Assembly: GCA_913065005.1 (NCBI GenBank)
Contig: CAJYAJ010000003.1
Span: forward strand, 5,616 to 69,615
DNA from: an uncultured Verrucomicrobiota bacterium
GTDB lineage: Bacteria > Verrucomicrobiota > Kiritimatiellia > Kiritimatiellales > Pontiellaceae
Reading direction: 5' to 3'
DNA length: 64,000 bases
Positions 58,905 to 64,000 of this stretch are shown here, piece after piece. Position 1 is the stretch's first letter; each line of letters starts with the position of its first letter. Below the pieces are notes generated by a model. The model searched no databases, was not told the origin of the DNA, and saw only the letters and a list, made by a program, of their open reading frames with translations. Made by a program: the position numbers and the translations under genes.

Positions 58905-59867
58905 CTACTCCCCAACAGGTGCATCCATCACCATTCGATCAAATCCCAACTTCACTAAAAACTCGGAGAAAAACCACGTCGGCGGATCCTCATCGATCTC
59001 CATACGCCAGTCCACATACGCCTGCCATGCAACCGGATACGCACTAAATGGAACCACCTCGGCCTCCGCGTTAAGATCCGTACGGTTTAAAAAAGAACGA
59101 TAATCATACGCACACGCCGTGTAGCCCTGCTCTTCCATAAAACGAAGGCGTCGATTCTCATCCACCCGCGAACTCAAATCACCCAAGTAAATTAAATCCA
59201 CAGTACCCGACATAAAACTCTTCAACCAATCGAGCGATCCATCTTCAATAGAGCTCGGCAAAGAGTAGACCGCATGCCCAATCAACGCATGATAGGACCC
59301 ATCAACATCCCGCATGCTTTCCACATATACCCGCGTTCTACGAGCCATCCCCTCAAAGGGTTTTTGCAACGAGCATTGTTCCAAAAGTTCTCCCGATAAC
59401 CATGTATTAAGCTCATATCGAATCCCACTAATCTCCACCTGCGGAAGCCAACGTTCCGGCAGAGAAACCAAGGTCGACGAACCAGCCGCATTGCAACCAG
59501 GAACCAAGCCCGGTGCCACCAACGAAAAATGGCGTCTACTCATCGAACGCGCACCATCCAATCGAATTCGCCGACCCACAACCCGCTCCTCCTTCACCGA
59601 AATCAAGTCATCCATTCGATCCGCATCCAAAAAATGCACCACACTCTCCTCACCCGTTTCCGAAACCGAACACGTTAAATAAGTTCGGTTAAGCAATGCA
59701 TCTTGATTAAATTGGTTTTCGTTCAACGTCACATTGATCGACTGCCGAACATTCGTCGCCAACAACGACAACAAAACCAGCGTCACGGTCAACGTGCATA
59801 AGGCCACGTCAGAGAACGATTCAAAGAACCCCTGATCCCCTCTATCTTCAAAAAACTCACTCATCAA
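58905..59867 (-). CDS. Single-TM protein with a MotB/ExbD/ZorB-like Asp-containing TM helix and an unrecognised extracytoplasmic domain
   Basis: FFESFSDVALCTLTVTLVLLSLLA near the N-terminus; ATGA-coupled to the MotA-like gene. Confidence 0.7.
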   Translation of the reverse strand: MMSEFFEDRGDQGFFESFSDVALCTLTVTLVLLSLLATNVRQSINVTLNENQFNQDALLNRTYLTCSVSETGEESVVHFLDADRMDDLISVKEERVVGRRIRLDGARSMSRRHFSLVAPGLVPGCNAAGSSTLVSLPERWLPQVEISGIRYELNTWLSGELLEQCSLQKPFEGMARRTRVYVESMRDVDGSYHALIGHAVYSLPSSIEDGSLDWLKSFMSGTVDLIYLGDLSSRVDENRRLRFMEEQGYTACAYDYRSFLNRTDLNAEAEVVPFSAYPVAWQAYVDWRMEIDEDPPTWFFSEFLVKLGFDRMVMDAPVGE

Positions 59868-61129
59868 ACCGCAGCCCCATCTTCACCCTGCATAGGCACC
59901 AACGTAGACTCAACTTCCGCCACCTCGCTCAGCAATGCCGCCGCCTGTCGCAATCGATCCGCCAACTCTTTCGCCTGCCGACAACGCTGATCATCTTCCG
60001 TACGAGCCGCACGAGCCACCACGTCTTCCATAGCATCAACCGCCCGAGAAACCCCCCCGGTCAAGCGGTCAAGCTCCGCTCGCAATGGCGCATGCCCCGC
60101 CTCCACCACCGCCGTAATACCGCTCAATCCATCCGTAAGGTCCGCCATCTGAGACGAAACCGCCTCAGCAAACGTTTGCTGCGACTGCTCCATCGAATCA
60201 CGCAACGGCACATGCCCCTCCTGAATCAAGTTCGTAATGCCTTTTAACGCACTCGAAAGCTCATCCATTTGCCCTGAGATCATCTCCGAGAAAGAAGCCT
60301 GCGTCTCCTGAAGCACCTCTTGCAACTGCCCCTCAAAAATAGTCCGACACCCCGTCATCGATTCACCAATCGCCCGAACCTCCCCAGAAAAATGCGAAAG
60401 AACCCGCTTCGCTTCAGCCAGTTCCGCCTCCAATTCGCTACTAGTTGATCGTCCCGCACGCTGACTCAATGGAGTAATCCAGCGCGCACCTAGCTGCTCG
60501 CACCCGGCAATCAACCGTGCAGCCGATCGCGCATTTTCCGTACACATCACCCGCAATAAAACACCCCCCAACAGCCCGCCAAAGAACGTGGTATAAAACG
60601 CACTCCCCATCCCCTCAACGGTTTGATTCATCCCACTAATCATCATTTCATAATCTTGACCGACCGCATTCAGTACGCTGCTGATACCCGTCACCGTAAC
60701 AATCAACCCAATCACCGTGCCCAACAAGCCCGCCGTAATCAACACACCAGAGATAACCGAAATACTACGAATCGAGCTCAAAAAGCGATTCCGATAACTG
60801 CTCATCATCTCCGAAAAAGTAATTTGATTGCCCTGCTCAATCAGCGCCAATGAATCCCTAAATAGCTGCCCAAGCTCACCTTTAACCAAAGCAGGATCTC
60901 GCAATTGATCCAGCCGATCTAAATGCTTCATCTCAGCCGTAACGCGAAACGCCATTCTCAACGACTGGCTCAGCCCAAAGAGAAATACCAACAGAATAAC
61001 CGTCGACATTCGACTGCTATCCGCCTCCAACCCCGTCGAAATATATTTCCATGTCACCGAAAAAAACGCACCCAACATAACGATGCCCAAAATTAACCAA
61101 CGTAGCGTTGGCGCGAATGGTTTATTCAC
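59864..61129 (-). CDS. MotA/TolQ/ExbB-family ion-channel subunit with a ~200-aa helical C-terminal tail
   Basis: AGLLGTVIGLI and GMGSAFYTTFFG motifs, two N-terminal TMs, coiled-coil-like tail. Confidence 0.85.
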   Translation of the reverse strand: MNKPFAPTLRWLILGIVMLGAFFSVTWKYISTGLEADSSRMSTVILLVFLFGLSQSLRMAFRVTAEMKHLDRLDQLRDPALVKGELGQLFRDSLALIEQGNQITFSEMMSSYRNRFLSSIRSISVISGVLITAGLLGTVIGLIVTVTGISSVLNAVGQDYEMMISGMNQTVEGMGSAFYTTFFGGLLGGVLLRVMCTENARSAARLIAGCEQLGARWITPLSQRAGRSTSSELEAELAEAKRVLSHFSGEVRAIGESMTGCRTIFEGQLQEVLQETQASFSEMISGQMDELSSALKGITNLIQEGHVPLRDSMEQSQQTFAEAVSSQMADLTDGLSGITAVVEAGHAPLRAELDRLTGGVSRAVDAMEDVVARAARTEDDQRCRQAKELADRLRQAAALLSEVAEVESTLVPMQGEDGAAV

Positions 61130-61475
61130 AATTAATCCCCTTTTAATAGTAAAAAAATTCCTCTTATTTAGGTCATATTATCAAATTAAACTATAAAATG
61201 AACGTATATTTTAAAATTAAATTTTTGTTACTTTGCATCTTGTAAAAAATTGGCATTTCTCCTGCCAACATCGGCAAATCCAACCTCCCCCCATTTTACC
61301 CACCTCCCCCCGCCAAACGAGCTACTCCAATGAGGTGCATATCATGGAACAGCCCCTCAAATTGAATAAATCACTTGAATAAAATGGGAATATCCTCACA
61401 GATTCTACCTTGCAATTTCACCCTACACCCGCATCATATGGCGCTTTCAAATAAAACCAACGCAGAGGAAAAAAG

Positions 61476-62702
61476 ATGGCTGTAAAAAAAGTAGCCCTGC
61501 TAACAGCAGGCGGACTCGCCCCATGTTTATCAAGTGCTGTAGGACGTCTTATTGAACGTTACAGCGAGAAATCCCCCGACACCGAAATCATTGCATACAT
61601 CAGTGGCTATAAAGGGCTTCTCCAAGGTCTCTCCATTCCCATCACCCCCGAGATTCGCTTGCACGCATCCACCCTCTACGCACACGGAGGAAGCCCCATC
61701 GGAAACAGCCGCGTAAAGCTAACAAACCAAGCCGACTGCGAAAAACGAGGCCTTGTTCAACCGGGCGAGAACCCGCTAGAAGTTGCCGCCAATCAGCTCG
61801 TTAAAGATGGCGTAGACGTTTTACACACCATCGGAGGTGATGACACCAACACGACCGCTGCCGACTTAGCCGCCTACTTGGCAGAAAACAATTATCAACT
61901 AAACGTCGTCGGTCTTCCCAAGACCATCGACAATGATGTCTTCCCCATTCAACAATCACTCGGTGCTTGGACGGCCGCAGAAGAAGGCGCCCGCTATTTC
62001 GCCAACGTGGTTGCCGAACACAATGCAAATCCCCGCATGCTCATTGTACATGAAGTAATGGGTCGAAACTGTGGCTGGTTAACCGCCTACACCGCGAAGA
62101 TCTATCACGAACACCTTCAACAACAACATTTCCTCCCTGAACTCGGCCTCTCTCGCATTCGTAAAGATGTACACGCCGTCTTTATACCCGAAATGGAAAT
62201 CGATATGGCCGCCGAAACCACCCGTCTAGGTCGAATCATGGATGAACATGACAACGTCAACCTCTTCATCTCCGAAGGTGCAGGCGTCGATGCAATTGTG
62301 AAAGAGATGCAAGCCTCCGGCGAAGAAATCCCGCGCGATGCCTTTGGTCATATCAAACTCGACGCCGTTAATCCTGGCGCTTGGTTTGGAAAACAATTTG
62401 CGAAACAAATTGGCGCTGAAAAAGTGTTAATTCAAAAATCAGGCTACTACGCCCGAGCCGCCGCATCCAACGCCGAAGATCTCGCCCTAATCAAAGCCTG
62501 CGCCGATGTGGCCGTCGATTCTGCCCAGCAAGGCATTGGTGGAGTTGTTGGTCATGATGAAGATCAAAATAACGAACTCAGAGCGATTGAATTTCCGCGC
62601 ATCGCAGGCGGAAAACCCTTCAACATCGACGAACCTTGGTTTAACGAACTGCTCGCTGAAATCGGGCAAACCAAAGGGGCCCGGTTAGACGTAAGCCATT
62701 AG
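61476..62702 (+). CDS. pfp: Pyrophosphate-dependent phosphofructokinase
   Basis: TAGGLAPC, GGDDT (PPi-type Asp), PKTIDND, HEVMGRNCG, KSGY. Confidence 0.93.
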   Translation: MAVKKVALLTAGGLAPCLSSAVGRLIERYSEKSPDTEIIAYISGYKGLLQGLSIPITPEIRLHASTLYAHGGSPIGNSRVKLTNQADCEKRGLVQPGENPLEVAANQLVKDGVDVLHTIGGDDTNTTAADLAAYLAENNYQLNVVGLPKTIDNDVFPIQQSLGAWTAAEEGARYFANVVAEHNANPRMLIVHEVMGRNCGWLTAYTAKIYHEHLQQQHFLPELGLSRIRKDVHAVFIPEMEIDMAAETTRLGRIMDEHDNVNLFISEGAGVDAIVKEMQASGEEIPRDAFGHIKLDAVNPGAWFGKQFAKQIGAEKVLIQKSGYYARAAASNAEDLALIKACADVAVDSAQQGIGGVVGHDEDQNNELRAIEFPRIAGGKPFNIDEPWFNELLAEIGQTKGARLDVSH

Positions 62703-62704
62703 CC

Positions 62705-63220
62705 CTAAATCTGAGGAACCCGCAACGCCTCAGGGAGCGATGCCTGATGATAATGCGTAATCGCAACCGCAAGAGCATCCGCCGCATCCTCCTGCGGCTG
62801 CTCCTCCAACTGCAAAAGTTGCATGACCATTTTAGCCACTTGATCTTTTTGCGCACCCCCATTGCCCGTTAACGCCTGCTTCACCCGCCGAGGTGAATGT
62901 TCACACACCGGAATCCCCGCCTTCGCACACGCAGCTAGCACCGCACCCCGCGCCTGACCTAGCACCATCGCCGTTTTAGCATTCTTCGCAAAAAAAGCAC
63001 CCTCAATAGCAGCGCACTCCGGCTGGTGCGTTTCAATCAAAGCCGAAATTTCCTCAAAAATATTCCAGAGACATTGCGAATGCAATTCCGCCGGTCGATT
63101 GTGAATTCGCCCATATGCAACTGCACGTAACTCGGGACCCCGAGCCTCAATAACACCAACGCCACTTGAACGCAACGACGTATCAACCCCTAAGATCCGC
63201 TGCCTCTTCACCCCCGACAC
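62705..63220 (-). CDS. ruvC: Holliday junction resolvase RuvC
   Basis: ILGVD, AIE..F, LGQARG, VK..LTG.G.A.K.QV, DAADALAVA. Confidence 0.95.
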   Translation of the reverse strand: MSGVKRQRILGVDTSLRSSGVGVIEARGPELRAVAYGRIHNRPAELHSQCLWNIFEEISALIETHQPECAAIEGAFFAKNAKTAMVLGQARGAVLAACAKAGIPVCEHSPRRVKQALTGNGGAQKDQVAKMVMQLLQLEEQPQEDAADALAVAITHYHQASLPEALRVPQI

Positions 63221-63975
63221 TATTCACTATCCAATGCCGCCGCCACTTCATCTGAAATATCAAAGTTAGCATATACATCCTGCACGTCATCAAGCTCTTC
63301 TAGTGTATCTATGAACCTCACAATCGAACGCGCTTGATCCACATCCGTCACCTCCGTAATCAAATCCGGGATCATCGCAAGCTCCGACGAAGCCATCGTA
63401 ATCCCCGCCTGAGTCAACGCATCTGAAAGTGCATCATAATCCGCCGGATCACTCAGCACCTCATATTGCGCACCCTCCGTCTTTAAATCCTCCGCACCCG
63501 CTTCAAGAACGCACTCCATGAGCGCTTCCTCTTCGACCCCATCCTTCTCAATAAAAATCTGACCCTTCCGTTGGAACATCCGGCTAACCGCCCCCTGCTC
63601 CGCCATATTAGCCCCCGCCTTGTTGAACGCATGACGCACCTCCGAAGCCGACCGATTCTTATTATCCGTCAACACCTTCACCACCACCGCAATTCCTCCC
63701 GCGGCATAACCCTCATAAGAACCCTCCTCGAGCCGACCGCCCTCTAGCTCACCGGTTCCCTTTTTAATTGCACGCTCAATATTATCTTTGGGCATCGAAA
63801 CGCCCTTCGCCTTTTGAATCAACGCCCGCAATTGAATATTATCATCCGGGTTTCCACCACCGCCAGAAGCCGCCACCATGATCTCTTTCGCAATCTTACT
63901 AAAGACCTTGCCCCGTGCCGCATCCGCCTTTCCCTTTTTATGCTTAATGTTTGCCCACTTACTATGGCCCGCCAT
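63220..63975 (-). CDS. yebC: YebC/PmpR family protein
   Basis: MAGHSKWANIKH.K, MPKDNIERAIKKG, YEGY, TDNKNR, LEELDDVQDVY.N. Confidence 0.96.
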   Translation of the reverse strand: MAGHSKWANIKHKKGKADAARGKVFSKIAKEIMVAASGGGGNPDDNIQLRALIQKAKGVSMPKDNIERAIKKGTGELEGGRLEEGSYEGYAAGGIAVVVKVLTDNKNRSASEVRHAFNKAGANMAEQGAVSRMFQRKGQIFIEKDGVEEEALMECVLEAGAEDLKTEGAQYEVLSDPADYDALSDALTQAGITMASSELAMIPDLITEVTDVDQARSIVRFIDTLEELDDVQDVYANFDISDEVAAALDSE

Positions 63976-64000
63976 TGATCAACCCTCCCTATCCAATTGT

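Noticed and set aside
58905-61129. Zorya anti-phage system
   Set aside because: The ZorA-like architecture is present, but there is no recognisable OmpA-like domain in the partner and no ZorC/D/E-type helicase or nuclease nearby; the neighbours are envelope proteins.

Overview
This is a gene-dense bacterial chromosomal segment of about 57 CDS with no rRNA, tRNA, CRISPR array or transposase visible. The gene set and protein styles suggest a PVC-superphylum organism, probably Kiritimatiellota/Verrucomicrobia-like (inference). Housekeeping content includes trmL, a moxR-DUF58-batA-E operon, ugd, an NtrB/NtrC-type pair, cytochrome c maturation system II divergent from two fused tetrapyrrole genes (SirC-HemA and HemC-CobA-HemD), dinG, pheT, a stand-alone rpsD, typA, ruvA, MATE and RND efflux genes, trpF-gluQ-trpB-yicC-gmk, thyX, lpxI-lpxB, PPi-PFK and yebC-ruvC. 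The best candidate for an undescribed system is a tightly coupled minus-strand operon at 53.0-61.1 kb. It encodes a MotA/ExbB/ZorA-like channel with a long repeat-containing tail, a single-TM Asp-bearing partner, a PEGA-repeat lipoprotein, a repeat-rich autotransporter, a collapsed sensor and a LuxR regulator. Other notable observations are three genes collapsed by internal deletion (comM, an acr3 remnant missing from the ORF track, and the sensor), extreme C>>G strand skew, repeated leaderless-type promoters, a HemC domain lacking its cofactor-anchoring domain, and a CDGSH-like miniprotein. All calls come from motif recognition by eye; no database searches were run.
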